64,000 bases of DNA. It comes from Octopus vulgaris. Lineage: Eukaryota. Below, piece after piece: positions 1 through 13,349 of this stretch. Location of the stretch: the NCBI GenBank assembly GCA_951406725.2, contig OX597833.1, positions 18,414,001 through 18,478,000 of the forward strand. Reading direction: 5' to 3'. The stretch's first letter is position 1, and the number at the start of each line of letters is the position of its first letter. Both the position numbers and the translations under genes were made by a program. The notes under the pieces are model-generated. The model saw only the letters and a list, made by a program, of their open reading frames with translations. It ran no database searches and was not told where the DNA came from.

Positions 1-1379
1 AATTCGACCTCGGCGTTCAAGTAAGCCTCATCAAGATTCTTCCTGGCAGCTATGAGTTGGATCTTCAGTGACTGGGATGGAGAACGGTGGTAAGCTAGTG
101 ATATAGACTTTAGATGGTTTCTGGCTTCGATGACATTTGGGGAATTAGAAGGTTTGCTCTGGCCCCTACTCTTCCTTTTGGGAAGAGTAGCCAGTGCAAC
201 TTCCTCTGTTGATTTGATGAGGCTGCTGTATACTTCCTCAATGTTCTCAGCATCTATTTCAGAAGTAGACAGAGATTGAAATTTGTTATAGACCTCGATA
301 GTAAATTGTTTGGACATATCGGGGTTAGATAAGACTTCCTTCCAGTCGATCATTTTGATCGGGTGAGGCTTAGTTTTTTTGGATGAGCGAAGACTAAGCT
401 TAACGGTAGCTGATACAATTCTGTGGTCAGAGCCGACAGAACTAAAGGAAGAGTAGGATCTCGAGTCCTTAACACTATTGCGCCATTTCTTTCGAAAGAT
501 GAGGTAGTCAATTTGTGTCCTATCACCAAGTGGGGACTCAAATGTCCAAAGTTGACCTTTTGGTTTCATAAAAGAATTGTTGGAGGTGTAGAGATTAAAT
601 TCCTCCAAGAAGTCTTTGAGCATTTCTCCGTTCCGATTGGTTTTAGAGTTGAAAGTAAACTTGCTCTCATCGGGTCCTAGTCTAGCATTCAGATCACCAG
701 CTATAACCAGAAAATTATGGAGAGGTACTTGCTCAATGGTTGAACGAAGGGTTGTATAGAAATTTTCAATTTCGTCTGCCACAGACGAATTATGTGGGCT
801 ATACACACATACCAATGTTGTTTTTGGGTTTCCATCTATCTCAAGCACCATAATTCTAGGTGAGATTGACTCTATACTCAAGAGAGTATCACTAGCCTTT
901 GATGAAAGTAGAAATCCGATACCTCCAACTGTTGAATTAACAGTATTCTTTGATGCTGAGGAGGTTACAAGTTGATAAGAACCGACTTGATGGTATTTGA
1001 GGATGTTGTCAGGGTGGTAAAATCGGTGTTCTTGGACAGCTATTATATCAATGCCATGTGATTCTGCATTTGCACCAAGTTCTTCTAGACGGCCAAGAGA
1101 GCCGAGGGTGCGGGCATTGAGGGTGCTGAGTATCGTATGATTTTTACAGCTGATGAGGTGTTTGTTTGGTGTTGTTTGGTTGGGGGCTGACTCTTCTCCA
1201 TCAGGTGATACCCGTCTGTTAAGATTGAGGGCATCACCGTCAATGGATGCCCTTGGAGGTGCAACATGATCAGAGACAGGACCCGGCAAAGCAGGGGCTG
1301 GACCTACATCCGCAGGTATACCATTAGGTCTGGTTCCCTGGGGAAGAGGAACCCTGGTGCAGTTAATTGTAAATTCCAT
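1..1379 (-). CDS. Non-LTR retrotransposon ORF (RTE-like), N-terminal APE endonuclease; open to the window edge
   Basis: Manual translation from ATG at 1379 gives 459 codons with no stop: MEFTINC...STLNARTL...IIAVQEHR...VGGIGFLL...SPRIMV...VYSPHN...AGDLNARLG...NRNG...QIDYLIF...SDHRIV. These are the standard APE motifs. Probably absent from the ORF track because it runs off the edge. Confidence 0.92.
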   Translation of the reverse strand, partial: MEFTINCTRVPLPQGTRPNGIPADVGPAPALPGPVSDHVAPPRASIDGDALNLNRRVSPDGEESAPNQTTPNKHLISCKNHTILSTLNARTLGSLGRLEELGANAESHGIDIIAVQEHRFYHPDNILKYHQVGSYQLVTSSASKNTVNSTVGGIGFLLSSKASDTLLSIESISPRIMVLEIDGNPKTTLVCVYSPHNSSVADEIENFYTTLRSTIEQVPLHNFLVIAGDLNARLGPDESKFTFNSKTNRNGEMLKDFLEEFNLYTSNNSFMKPKGQLWTFESPLGDRTQIDYLIFRKKWRNSVKDSRSYSSFSSVGSDHRIVSATVKLSLRSSKKTKPHPIKMIDWKEVLSNPDMSKQFTIEVYNKFQSLSTSEIDAENIEEVYSSLIKSTEEVALATLPKRKSRGQSKPSNSPNVIEARNHLKSISLAYHRSPSQSLKIQLIAARKNLDEAYLNAEVE

Positions 1380-1610
1380 AGTCTTTTCAAATGGCTAATA
1401 ATGTGTGCGCGCGCCACTACTACACACATTGGAAAGCATTGTACAACCAAGTACTAAAGAAGATCTTTCCTCCTCCATGAAACAAAGCTGTTCCCGCTGG
1501 ACGTCAACCCAGTACTTCTAAGCTACGGGCTGAGTGATTTATTGTAAGGTTATCTCCCTAGATAGGTTGCCTTCACTACGGCTAAGGAGCCCTTTCTACC
1601 CCACTGACAC
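1380..1610 (-). mobile_element. 5' UTR of the RTE-like LINE, bordering a (TACA)n array
   Basis: Non-repetitive sequence between the ORF start and the microsatellite. Contains GAAGGCAACCTATCTAGGGAGA, similar to RTE 5' UTR motifs. Confidence 0.6.
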
Positions 1611-1611
1611 A

Positions 1612-1711
1612 GATATACATACATACACACACATACATACAGACAGACAGACATACACACACACACACACACATACACATACATACATACATACATACAT
1701 ACATACATACA

Positions 1712-1742
<31 letters not shown>
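1612..1742. repeat. (TACA)n/(CA)n microsatellite, representative of dozens in the window
   Basis: Directly visible. Confidence 0.95.
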
Positions 1743-1743
<1 letters not shown>

Positions 1744-1867
1744 GATGTGGTAGCGTTAAAGTCAAAGATTTACTTACGGATTCCATTATACAGTAAAACG
1801 TGAAAATCAGACAATCTTTGAGTAATATATTCTTCTATGCACAATCATACATACCCGTGCATGTATG

Positions 1868-2036
1868 TTGGCTGTATGGTAAGTAGCTTGCTTACATCCA
1901 CATGGTTCCGGGTTCAGTCCCACTGCGTGGCACCTTGGGCAAGTGTCTTCTACTATAGCCTCGGACCGACCAAAGCCTTCTGAGTGGATTTGGTAGACGG
2001 AAACTGAAAGAAACCTGTCGTATATATATGTCAATG

Positions 2037-2102
<66 letters not shown>

Positions 2103-2300
2103 TGTGTCTGTGTTTGTCCCTCCAACATCGCTTGACAACCGATGTTGGCGTGTTTACGTCCCCGAAACTTAGCGGTTCGGCAAAAGATACCGATAGAATA
2201 AGTACTAGGCTTACAAAGAATAAGTCCTGGGGTCGATGTGCTCGACTAAAGGCGGTGCTCCAGCATGGCCACAGTCAAATGACTGAAACAAGTAAAAGAG
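1868..2300 (+). mobile_element. tRNA-derived SINE, family A (internal TA/TG microsatellite, AGTAAAAG tail)
   Basis: A-box-like TGGCTGTATGGTAAG, B-box-like GGTTCAGTCCC and body GGCACCTTGGGCAAGTGTCTT; many near-identical copies in the window. Confidence 0.9.
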
Positions 2301-2329
2301 TATATATATATATATATTTACATACATAC

Positions 2330-2378
<49 letters not shown>

Positions 2379-2436
2379 GTAACAACAAAAGAATGAGACC
2401 TCGATATTAGATAAATGGAGGATTATTTATATACGT

Positions 2437-2493
2437 TAGCTGACGAGAATGTATCGTAGCTCTTCACTCTGACATTCGAAACTCCGAGTACTA
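2437..2493 (+). ncRNA. Type I hammerhead ribozyme motif
   Basis: TAG-CTGACGA-GAATGT...ACATTC-GAA-ACTCCGAGT-A-CTA: intact core, 6-bp stem II, near-palindromic stem III, GUA site; stem I only 3 bp. Confidence 0.65.
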
Positions 2494-3088
2494 TAATGAC
2501 AATCGCTTACTGCTTGTTTTAAATTATATCATATATATATATATAACCACATTCTTTCTTATGAGTGTTACTTTCGCACATGTCTTACCTTCATTCTGAA
2601 TTCTGTTGCATAACCAAAAGGCCTTCTGTGTAATCAAACACTTGTGTCCTTCGCTGTGTGTTTAATTTTTCGTTACAGTTTTTATTTTTATTTTATGTAT
2701 TTTCCAGCTTTCTTCCTAACTCGTCCTTTTTATCGTTCGGTCTTAGAGGCCCAGGTGTTTTTATTATTTTTTTCTCTTTGTATTTGTCACTTGTTTTATT
2801 GTGTCTTTCATGTTTGGTCATTCGACTGCAACATCCTCTTGTCGTTGACGCCACCAAATTGGACAACATTATTGAAATTGAGGCATCGAAACTGAGATGA
2901 TTCTTGGTCTATAACTAAGGAGGGACGATCGTGTCCGCGTCCTTTGTGTGTGTTTTGTTCTGTTTCGTGTATGTTCCTTTATCGTCCTCTCGTGCCACAT
3001 TTTACGATTGTCCGGGTTAACCGATGGTAGAGGCTAATATTTGAAACCTAAACACAGTTTAGAGTTTCTGAACATATAATCTTCTGCA

Positions 3089-3218
3089 TCATGGAGTAAC
3101 ATACTTTATAATAAATGTATCAATCTTCTGGAGTAACATACTTTATAATCATGGAGTAACATACTTTATAATAAATCTATCAATCTTCTGGACCATGAGT
3201 GACATACTTTATAATAAA
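3089..3218. repeat. Short tandem repeat of TGGAGTAACATACTTTATAAT(AAATGTATCAATCTTC)
   Basis: Four imperfect copies visible. Confidence 0.8.
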
Positions 3219-3615
3219 CTAGCAGTATCGCCCGGCATTTCTTGGGTTTGTAAGGGAAATAACTATATAAGCATTTTTAGAGAGTTATAGCCAAAAAATA
3301 GCAAAAAAATGCATAAAAAATGGGGAAAAAATTATGGTAAATTTTTTTTTAAATCGTTGACTCATTGTAGACATTTTAGAGAGTTACTTCCCTTATATAA
3401 TAGCGAAAAAATGCATTAAAATGGAAAAAAATGATGGTAAATTTTTTTTTTAATCGTAGACTCATCGTAGACGCGCGCTAATACACAGAAGGGCTCGATA
3501 TGAATCACGACTATAAGATACCCGGTTTTGTTTAAACTGCACCGCAAAATGTGGGAGTAGTTAGGAATCTAAATCGTAGGAGACAGACACACAACCTCTC
3601 TTTTATATATAAAGA
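3219..3615 (-). mobile_element. Non-autonomous Helitron
   Basis: Minus strand begins TC(TTTATATATAAAAG), has a GC-rich subterminal hairpin, ends GATACTGCTAG, and lies between A and T. Confidence 0.85.
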
Positions 3616-4026
3616 TTATGATTTAAGTAATGGTTTATTAGTTACAAAAGAAAAATGGTGGTTTCTTAAACTAAAACCTCTTTTTTGTTTTATTTAATAT
3701 ATTTCAGTAACTGGCAAGTTATACGAATATAATAAAAAGACCCAGGAAAGACGTTGGGTTACAAAGTGACCAAATGAAGAAGAGAATATAAAAAAAAAAA
3801 AAAACGAAGAAGAAAGCAGTAAGAAGAGGAAGAAAACATGGCGTAAAGTTGACACTGACATTATAAAGAGATGCAAGCACATACACAACACTGCTACGCA
3901 CGAGCACACACACGCACACATACGCGCATATATGTGGATTGTACCAATCGATTAGACTAATAATTATACTATTTATATACCAGCAGTCAATCGAGGTGTA
4001 TAAATATATCTATAAATACAGATATA

Positions 4027-5247
4027 CGAGGGTTGATCAATAAGTATCCGGACTGTTGTCATAATTCTTTTCTACTCTAGGCACAAGGCCCGAATTTTTT
4101 TTTTGGGGGGGGGGCAGTCGATTAGATCGACCCCAGTACGCAACAGGTACTTAATTTATCGACCTCGAAAGGGAGGGATGAAAGGCAAAGTCGACCGCGG
4201 CGGAATTTGAACTCAAAACGTAAAAACAGACGAAATAACTATTTCTTTACTACCCACAAGCGGCTAAACACAGAGGGGACAAACAAAGACAGACAAGCGG
4301 ATTAAGTCGATCACATAGATCCCAGTGCATAACTGGTACTTAATTTATCGACCCCGAAAGGATGAAAGGCAAAGTCGACCTCGGCGGAATTTGAACTCAG
4401 AACGTAACGGCAGACGAAATACTGCTAAGCGTTTCACCCGGCGTCCTAACGTTTCTGCCAGCTCGCCGCCTTATTGACTGTTGCCATAATTACGAAGCTA
4501 AAGCATGCAGAGTAAAGCTGCTTAGTACAGTTTGACTTGACTAGGCATGTGCATTAAGTTTTAACGTTCTAACTCACTTCTGCCGTTTACAGCAGTGCTT
4601 GGAAGGAAGGGGTGTAGCGTGTGATCGTCCCATTGACCATGACAAAGAAAGTTGCGCAGAGAATCTGCATCAAATTTTGCCAAAAGCTTAGCGAAACCTG
4701 CTCAGAGGCCTACGCAAAGTTTTCAAAAAGTTTTCATCGATCTCGACACAATCAAGGAAATATTGTGCAACAGAAGCATGGCATATATGCGTCTCAGTAA
4801 TAATAGACTGAAGTGAACCGTAACTAATCTGCGCATCCTCTAATAACTCACGTATGGTGATGATTTTCTGCGATGTTTTTCTCAGTTCTGCTGGCTGCAC
4901 GTCTCCCAAGACGTTCGTCAATATCGACAATTTTTCGGCCATCTCGGAAACGTCTGAACCATTTGTACACTTGTGCGCGGCTCAAACACTCCTCTCCATA
5001 CACTTTCTGCAGCTTTGCGTGTGCTTCTGAGCAGGTATCGCCATGACAACTTTCTCTGTCATGGTCAATGCGACGATCATACGTTCCTTCCAGCCTCTAC
5101 TGTAAACAGCGGAAGTGAGCTGGAACGTTAAAACTTAATGCGCACGCCCAGCAGAGTTCAAGGTCAAATTGTGCCAAGCGTCTTTACTCTGCGTGCTTTA
5201 GCTTTGTTACTATGACAACGGTGCGGATTCTTATTGATCAGCCCTCG
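4027..5247. mobile_element. Mariner derivative made of two facing 5' ends
   Basis: TA-flanked TIRs CGAGGGTTGATCAATAAG / CTTATTGATCAGCCCTCG. Plus arm encodes MTKKVAQRICIKFCQK; minus arm encodes VYGEECLSRAQVYKWFRRFRDGR. Confidence 0.85.
4067..4472 (-). mobile_element. SINE family B dimer inserted into the mariner left end
   Basis: Core GTCGACTTTGCCTTTCATCCTTTCGGGGTCGATAAATTAAGTACCAG occurs twice; flanked by a ~16-bp duplication GACTGTTG(T/C)CATAATT. Confidence 0.88.
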
Positions 5248-5494
5248 TACATGCATACATAATGCACACATGTTAATACGTGCGCACGCACACATGCACA
5301 AACACCTATGCACTAAAAAGCCATGTTAACAGAGAGAACAAGTGCAGGTTCGTGCACTTACATATATGTACACACTAACGTCTACACATATTTACAAACC
5401 TGCCAGGAACAGTCTGAACTCAAAATCCCTTCAGTTTGCTTGTGACTGGCTTAAACTCCAGAAAAAAGAACTTAAATAAACCGAAGAGAAAGCA

Positions 5495-5543
<49 letters not shown>

Positions 5544-6137
5544 ACACAAACACGCACACATACATGCACATATGTACGCTTATGTTTGTATTTATGCATG
5601 CATGTATGTACGTATGTATGTATGCAGCAATATGTACGAAGTGGCAGAGTCGTGAGATCGAGAGAAAAGTGTGTAATATTCATTCTGGCTTTGTACATTT
5701 CTGAGTTAAAATCCCACCGAGGTCAGCTTTGATTGTTATCCTTTTTTTTTTTTCGATCAATAAAATAGTTAATGGAATCGGTCGAATGGATTAATCTCCC
5801 CCAACAAATTTTTTGCTTTATGCTCAACGCTGACTACGATATCAGATAAAGAACTCTTGAAAGATCAAAGCAATATTCCAGACAAATAAAATGTTTGCAC
5901 TGCACAAAGAAATATTATAAGTATAAATATTTTTAAAAAAACCACTCACCTTATGGATATTAAAAAACCCGTGTATGGGCATCTACTAAATACCTCATTC
6001 CTGAACATCGGATAGACACACATATATTTGATATTTATTTTCTTGAGAAATCTGTTCGCTAAATACCTTCGATAATACTTTTTCTATCAGTAGCCCTAAT
6101 CTATCAATCCATCTAACTATCTATGTATCTATCTACC

Positions 6138-6234
<97 letters not shown>

Positions 6235-6652
6235 GTCTATCTGTGTGTGTATTCCAACTTCATTCCATCAATTCTTTTCTCACAACAATACAACGAACTT
6301 CATATTATATACCAGAATGATCACTCTTTATATATTTATAGAATCTCTTACAACCATTTCTTGTTTATTTTGTTTTATTTGGGGTTTTTGTTTCGGTTTT
6401 TTCTTTCGTTTTCATTTTTTTACCCTTAAGTTCCTCAACTTCTCTGTAGTCGTATAGCACTCAGACTTGATGAATTGTTTATGCAACAAATGTAATTAGC
6501 TCTTTTGTATCTTGAAGTACAAACATTACAAGTCAGTGCTATATTAAAAAGACGGGTAAAAATTTCGCATAAGAAGTATTCTGTACTTGATAATAGTCAA
6601 TACAATAACGGAATATATGTATAGACAGACATACATACATACATACATACAT

Positions 6653-6721
<69 letters not shown>

Positions 6722-6738
6722 TAGACAGACAGACAGAC

Positions 6739-6776
<38 letters not shown>

Positions 6777-7297
6777 ACAGACAGGCAGAAGGATGGATGG
6801 ACGGACAGACAGATGGATGGACGGACGGACGGATGGAAGGACTTATGCTTATTCGGCTCCTTAGTCTACAAGGCTGGAGCTTCTATCCATAATACAGCTA
6901 CATTAGATGCAGGGCAGTTTTTTGATACATTTATAAATATATTTTTTAAAAAGCACGTCATATCCCCCGACAAATACGATAATTTATACAAAACAGTCTT
7001 AGCCATTAATGTTTAAATATATGCATGTGTCTCTGTTAAGAATTATATCAATCCACAATTAAAATCTAATTGTGTATAACTGGAACTTTGAAAACCTGCG
7101 TAGTACATCATACAACATAAACTTAACACTGTATTAGAATCTATATTTAAATCTTACACTAAAGTTTTAGCCGTAATTTTACACGTTGCTAAGCCAAATT
7201 CGTTTACGAAATGAAACATTCTCATGTAGTCAGTGGCTAACCACCTCCATGATGTGAAATTCTGTCAACTTTTCAATGCAATAATTTAATATATCGT

Positions 7298-7572
7298 GAC
7301 CCCACTTTCCGTTCGATGTCACTTTGTCCAACGTCCTTTGGTCCGAAGTGTTTTTGTCCGATGATTTTTTTGTCCAACGATTTTTTTGTCCAATCTTAAA
7401 AACTCTTTAGAAAACAAGGTGAACATCAAAGGCAAATAATCATTGAAAATTTTATTGATAGGATTTGTTATTGTATATAAAAAACAAAATCATCGGACAA
7501 AAAGAGATCGGACGAGAGACGTGAAAGAAAAGATGTTTGACGAAGTGACGTTGGACGAAAAGACAGAGCGCC
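7298..7572. mobile_element. Foldback/MITE-like relic with subterminal tandem repeats
   Basis: ~15-bp units (TTTGTCCAACGTCAC-like) on the left and their reverse complements (GTGACGTTGGACGAAA) on the right. Confidence 0.6.
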
Positions 7573-7643
7573 ATAAGTTATATCTCTCTGACGATTTAAC
7601 AATAAGTTTTGGTAATATAATTTGAATTTCTTCTTTTTTTTTT

Positions 7644-7949
7644 TCGCCCTTTTCAAGCCTAGCCAGGCTCATGGGCCTGGTTTCTCGGTTTCTATGGTGT
7701 ATGTGTTCCCCCCAGCTAGCCGGGACGCCAGTCCAGCGCAGCGTTACTCAAGAAACAGGAAGAGAGAGTGAGAGAAAGTTGTAGCGAAAGAGTACAACAG
7801 GGGTCACCACCACCCCCTGCCGGAGCCTCGTGGAGCTTTTTTAGGTGTTTTCGCTCAATAAACACACACAACGCCCGGTCTGGGAATCGAAACCGCGATC
7901 CTCCGACCGCGAGTCCGCTGCTCTAATCACTGGGCCATTGCGCCTCCAC
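7644..7949 (-). mobile_element. tRNA-derived SINE, family C, with V-domain-like segment
   Basis: Head GTGGAGGCGCAATGGCCCAGTGATTAG...GGTTTCGATTCCC; segment CTGCGCTGGACTGGCGTCCCG. Confidence 0.85.
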
Positions 7950-8378
7950 ATAATTTGCATTATGTAAGTAATAATCATGTAATGTTAATGAACGTACGTA
8001 AGATGGTGTAACTAAATATCTTATAAACAATCTCTCATGCTTTGTTTTATTTTCTATATATACTCACTGTAATACTCAAACTTAAATTTCATTATATATA
8101 TTTAAGAAAAGATACAATTACAACGCAAATACGGAAATTTAATAGGGAATTCTAAATATTGGTTGTCAGGTTTAAATAACACTGAGCGAATGTATATATG
8201 TCAGTGTATATTTGCGTGTGTGGGTAGTAAAGAAATATATATGGGTATATGTATATATATACTAAATACAATGAATACGGAGACTAGTACTATATCTACC
8301 ACCAGTTGAATTCAATTGCTAGTATTCTACGCAACAGAAACGTGAGGCGGACAAATTTTAACCAAATATTATACTGTA

Positions 8379-8742
8379 CTAGCAGTATCGCCCGATGTTG
8401 CTCGGGTTTGTATTGACCCTTTAGAATTGGATTTTTTGAAATGTAGCTTGTTATGTAGCTTGTTATTCTCTTTAAGTGAACATTTTTCTGGTTGAAATAC
8501 ACTGAAAAATGGCGACACAGCAGTAAAAAAATCGTAAAAAATAGGGATTTTCATAGAAAAAAAAAACACTTTTTTGATGTAAATAATTTTTGGTCTTAAC
8601 ATGGTCCGATTTGAATGAAGAGCAGGATCATATTCTCAATTTTGGTCAACTTGCGCCGCAGGGTCTCGGAGGAGATAGTGTTAGTTGAAGGCTACCAAAC
8701 CTGCCACACACAGACAACTTCAGCTTTATATATAGAGAGAGA
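8379..8742 (-). mobile_element. Non-autonomous Helitron
   Basis: 5' TC, 3' hairpin plus CTAG, A|T site; same family as 32300-32685. Confidence 0.85.
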
Positions 8743-9140
8743 TTACGGAGTGGAGAAATAAAAAAATGCGGATGTACAAATCTCTGTATTTATTTAATTG
8801 TCTTGGATATAAACTCAACAAAATATTCATAATCTAGCGAAGCGAACCCAGAATTGCTCATCGGAAGAATTAGAGTGGGATTACTCATCATAAGTAATCC
8901 TAGGTGTTCCTTATAGCTTGATGCGGTTAGCCTGAACCTGGATTATATGTGAATGTGCATAAAGTACCCGATTGGATAATTTCTCTGTCTATCCGTCATA
9001 TATATATATATGGGTGTGTGCCTATATATATATATATATATGTATATGTATATATAGATATGTATATATATATATAAATACACATGTGTGCATATATATA
9101 TGGATATATATATATATGTATATATTATATATGTTATATG

Positions 9141-9290
9141 GTTGTCCACTCAGTCCACTCAGCTGGCAAAAGTGAGTAACCCTGCGACGGAGCGGCGTCC
9201 CGTCCAGGTGGGGAATTTCTACGCCACTGAAACCGGGAAACCGGCCTTTATGAGCCTGGCATCGCTGGAGAAGGAACATTTAATTTAATT
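9141..9290 (+). mobile_element. 3' fragment of a V-domain-like SINE related to family C
   Basis: CCTGCGACGGAGCGGCGTCCCGTCCAGG...GAAACCGGGAAACCGGCC...ATGAGCCTGGC. Confidence 0.65.
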
Positions 9291-9629
9291 TAAAACGGAG
9301 AAGAATTAAACAGCAAACAATAAATGAAGACGTGATGGATACTTTGTTTTGTATGAGTGTTGGCACGCATACAGCTTGTGCGTTTATGCTTATGTTCATG
9401 CATATATGTATGTGTTAACTGATATACAAACTTGTATATATGCGTGTGCATGTATGTGTGTCTGATTGTCATACGCACACGTGTGTGTATATACGTGTAT
9501 ATGTGAGTGTAGATGCATGTGTGTGTGAATGTGCAGATGTCCACAACAGTAATAATATGGAGCAATATTGAATTCATTCATAAAAAATCGATTCATACAC
9601 ACCTGAGTGTGATCGATTAGACAATATAG

Positions 9630-9795
9630 TGAGATGGCCGAAACGTTGGCATGTCTTTACGCTCTGAGTTCAAATTCCGCCGAGGTCGACTTTGCCTTTC
9701 ATCCTTTCGGGGTCGATAAATTAAGTACCAGTTGCTTACTAGGGCCATCTAATCGACTGGACCCCTTCCCCAAAATTTTGCGCCTTGTGCCTCAC
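9630..9795 (+). mobile_element. SINE family B
   Basis: GAGTTCAAATTCC B-box plus the family B core. Confidence 0.8.
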
Positions 9796-9916
9796 TATAT
9801 TCTTTTCTGCTCTACATACATACATACATACATACATACATACATACATACATACATACATACATACATACATACATACATACATACATACATACATACA
9901 TACATACATACATACA

Positions 9917-9970
<54 letters not shown>

Positions 9971-10250
9971 ATATCTCCCTGACAGCAATACTCTGCAACT
10001 CACGCAGGTAAAGAGAAAAAATAACGAATCCACCCTGCTTTGATTAACTGTATACGCATTTCTGAGTTAAAGAGATGTAAAAAGATGTAAAATCATGTTT
10101 CTACTCACTTATTCCCTTCATCAGTACAGTATTTCAAATTTTAAATTTGAGAGCACTGATACCTAACATACGTACTCGACCAAGCGCCATCGAATAGCAT
10201 ATATCCAAAAACCAGTACTTCCGAATTCAAACAGACGAATGAGATCTCGC

Positions 10251-10291
<41 letters not shown>

Positions 10292-10382
10292 AGACACTTG
10301 CCCAAGGTACCACGCAGTGGGACTGAACCCGGAACCATGTGGTTGGTAAGCAAGCTACTTACCACACAGCCACTCCTACGCC

Positions 10383-10457
<75 letters not shown>

Positions 10458-10679
10458 ATATATATATGCATGTGTAGATATATAAGAGTATGTGTGTGTA
10501 TGTGTGTGTGTACCAGAAGACTGTTTTTGTCTTATATACACCAACTGATAACTGAAATTCTATTTACTGTTCTGTCTATTTCAACACTTTACTCCGTTTT
10601 CTGTATCCGTTTCATGTTATCCTCGGCTAACGTATGACTATAATCTTTCTAGCTAACACTTACTCGTTCACCTCTACTT

Positions 10680-11490
10680 TCCTCCCCGTTACCATTCACC
10701 ACTCGCCACCAGTCACAGATCTTACCCACCGCCATTAACCGTTCACTACCCACCCAGTAACCAGCCAATCGGCATCTGTCGTTAACTATCAACCATCCAT
10801 CATTCGCTGCCCGCCGTCGACCAGCTACACAACATTCACTGTCCAGGTTTCGTCATTCCCATTCGTCAGTTACAAGTCAACACATATTGTCCACCAACAA
10901 CCATCCATTCCTATCCACTATCTACTCACCACCCGCCATCCACCTTCGATCATCGCCATTCACCACTCATCACTCAGTACTATCACTTACCACCCATCAC
11001 TCATCACCCACTATTCAACGCCCACCACTCAACATTCACCATCCGCCCATCACTCACCACTCACTGCCCATCATCCACCTTCTATCACCACCACACACCG
11101 CTCAATACTCTCTACACATCATTTACCACTCATCATTCACCACTCACCGCATACCATCCACCATCCGTCATCCACCACTTACCACCAATGCATTAACTAC
11201 CATCCACTCATTCTCACTACCTATCACCACTCACCGGTCACCATCTTTCATCTAACAACACTCACCATTCATCACTCTGTTATCCACCAAACGATCACTC
11301 ACCATTTATCCATTACTCACTACCCGCCATTCACCACCTATCACTCACCACTCACCCATTACCCATCACTCACTATCCACCATTCACCACTCATCACTCA
11401 CAGCGCACTACTTATCACCCATCATCCACCACTCATCACACATCACTCACAACCCACCCATCACTCACCACTCACCATCAATCAACTATC
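10680..11490. repeat. Degenerate C/A-rich minisatellite (CACCACT/CACCATT-like units)
   Basis: Strong strand asymmetry with short periodicity. Confidence 0.8.
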
Positions 11491-11494
11491 AAGC

Positions 11495-11870
11495 AAACGA
11501 AGCTGTGTCGCTGCAATATTGATCCCAAGTGCGCTGAGTTGGGCTTTAGAAAGGATGTTTTCTTCCAGAAGTTTGCTCTCGCAGTCAAGATTTTGTTGGT
11601 TGAGGGAAGACATGTTACAGGTCTGTAGTTTTAAGGATTTGTTGTTTCTATTGATTGAGAGACTCAGATGACATCCGTTCTATGAGCCAGTAAAGTATTA
11701 TCTCCGACCCCGTCAGCATCTCGTCAAACTTCCTTGCTCGCACATAACGTTTTTTGTTGAATATTTTTACCAAAAGTTAGGTACCTCGTCATGTCCGGGT
11801 CCCTTCCAGTTGTTCGTTTTTCAGTGTATCTGGGTTACTTCTGTTGTTATAAGCACCCACGATCGTTCCG
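11495..11870 (-). pseudogene. Decayed R4/Dong-like LINE RT N-terminal region
   Basis: Frameshifted motifs NNWKGPGHDEVPNFW and NYRPVTCLPSTNKILT. Confidence 0.7.
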
Positions 11871-11975
11871 ATGTAGTCTTCATTGTTTTGACTAGTCTTT
11901 TCCATGGTGATACTTCCACAGTATAAGAAAGAAAAGCCGTCAGAAAACCGATTATAGCAACAACTCCATCTAAGA

Positions 11976-12012
11976 ATATCTGAAGAAGGAATATTATTCC
12001 GAAATATCATAT
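11976..12012 (+). ncRNA. Minimal type I hammerhead motif
   Basis: ATAT-CTGAAGA-A-GGAAT-ATT-ATTCC-GAA-ATAT-C-ATAT: intact core, palindromic 4-nt stem III, AUC site. Confidence 0.7.
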
Positions 12013-12244
12013 CAGACTATGAATGACTAAATTACAACAGCTATATAGCCCATTGTCTGCATTGTTGTACCATTCAAATTTTTTTTATTCTTTACAAACA
12101 ATACACAATGCTTCAAGCGAACTACAATACTCTCCAATTTTTTTGTTTTGTTTTGTTTCCGACACTCCTGTGTCCATTATAACCTACGAACACAGGTTTG
12201 GATGTCACATAGCTAGCTAGAGGCGATGGCTTCTTGGAGCTAAT

Positions 12245-12359
12245 CAACGGCAGCATTCGTCCTATATTTCCGGACTGCCATGTTAGCTTGGCGATAACTA
12301 TTAATATCCAGCACCGCTGCTGTAGTCTCCTTTAGAAAGACTCAGAAATTTTAATATAC

Positions 12360-12453
<94 letters not shown>

Positions 12454-12535
12454 TTATATGTGTATATATATGTATATATGCAAATATGTATATATATATA
12501 CATATATGCGTGTGTGTGTTTGAGTGTATGCATGC

Positions 12536-12615
<80 letters not shown>

Positions 12616-13129
12616 GTGTGTGTGTGTGTGTATATATGTGTGTGTGTGTGTGTATATATACATGTATGTGTGTATATATGTATAAATGTATGTATAAATG
12701 TATACATGCTCACACTCACGCTCACATACATATATGTTAGCAGATACACATATAAAAGATAGTCAGGGAGAGGCGGAGAGAGACAGAGACAGAGAAAGAG
12801 TGCGAGAGAGAGAGAGAGAGAGAGAGACAAAGGTGGGAAAATGGATAGATGTCACTATAAACGGGACGAATAAAGATATCAGTTGTGTTACGTTTCAATT
12901 ATCAAACAAAACACTGAAACAAATAAAAAAAAAAGTATTAAAAAAACCTCTTTTTTTATGGAACATTTCAGCGGTTGAAGAAAGTCCACATAAACTTAAT
13001 TAGTAGGACGAACAGTAGTGCTTTCAACACATGATATCTCAAAAGGGAGACTGGCAGCCCCTGCCTACACGCATCAAGTACATGATCGCCTGTCCGTTTC
13101 TCTGTATGCAGGCATGTATATGCGTTCGC

Positions 13130-13175
<46 letters not shown>

Positions 13176-13293
13176 ATTATATATGCATGAATGTTTGTGT
13201 GTGTGTGCGTCTATATATGTATATACAAACATGCATATATATATATATATATATATATAGGTGTGTGTGTGTGTATGTATGTATGTATGTATA

Positions 13294-13349
<56 letters not shown>

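Noticed and set aside
2835-2930. Possible third permuted hammerhead (CGAAACTG...TATAA-CTAAGGA-GGG)
   Set aside because: Core is mutated and stems II and III do not pair convincingly
7870-7949. tRNA-like sequence (also 43510-43588 and the SINE A heads)
   Set aside because: These are SINE heads attached to repeat bodies, not tRNA genes
10085-10165. Minus-strand CTGATGA with GAAA on either side
   Set aside because: No stem II pairing and no stem I in the right register for any topology
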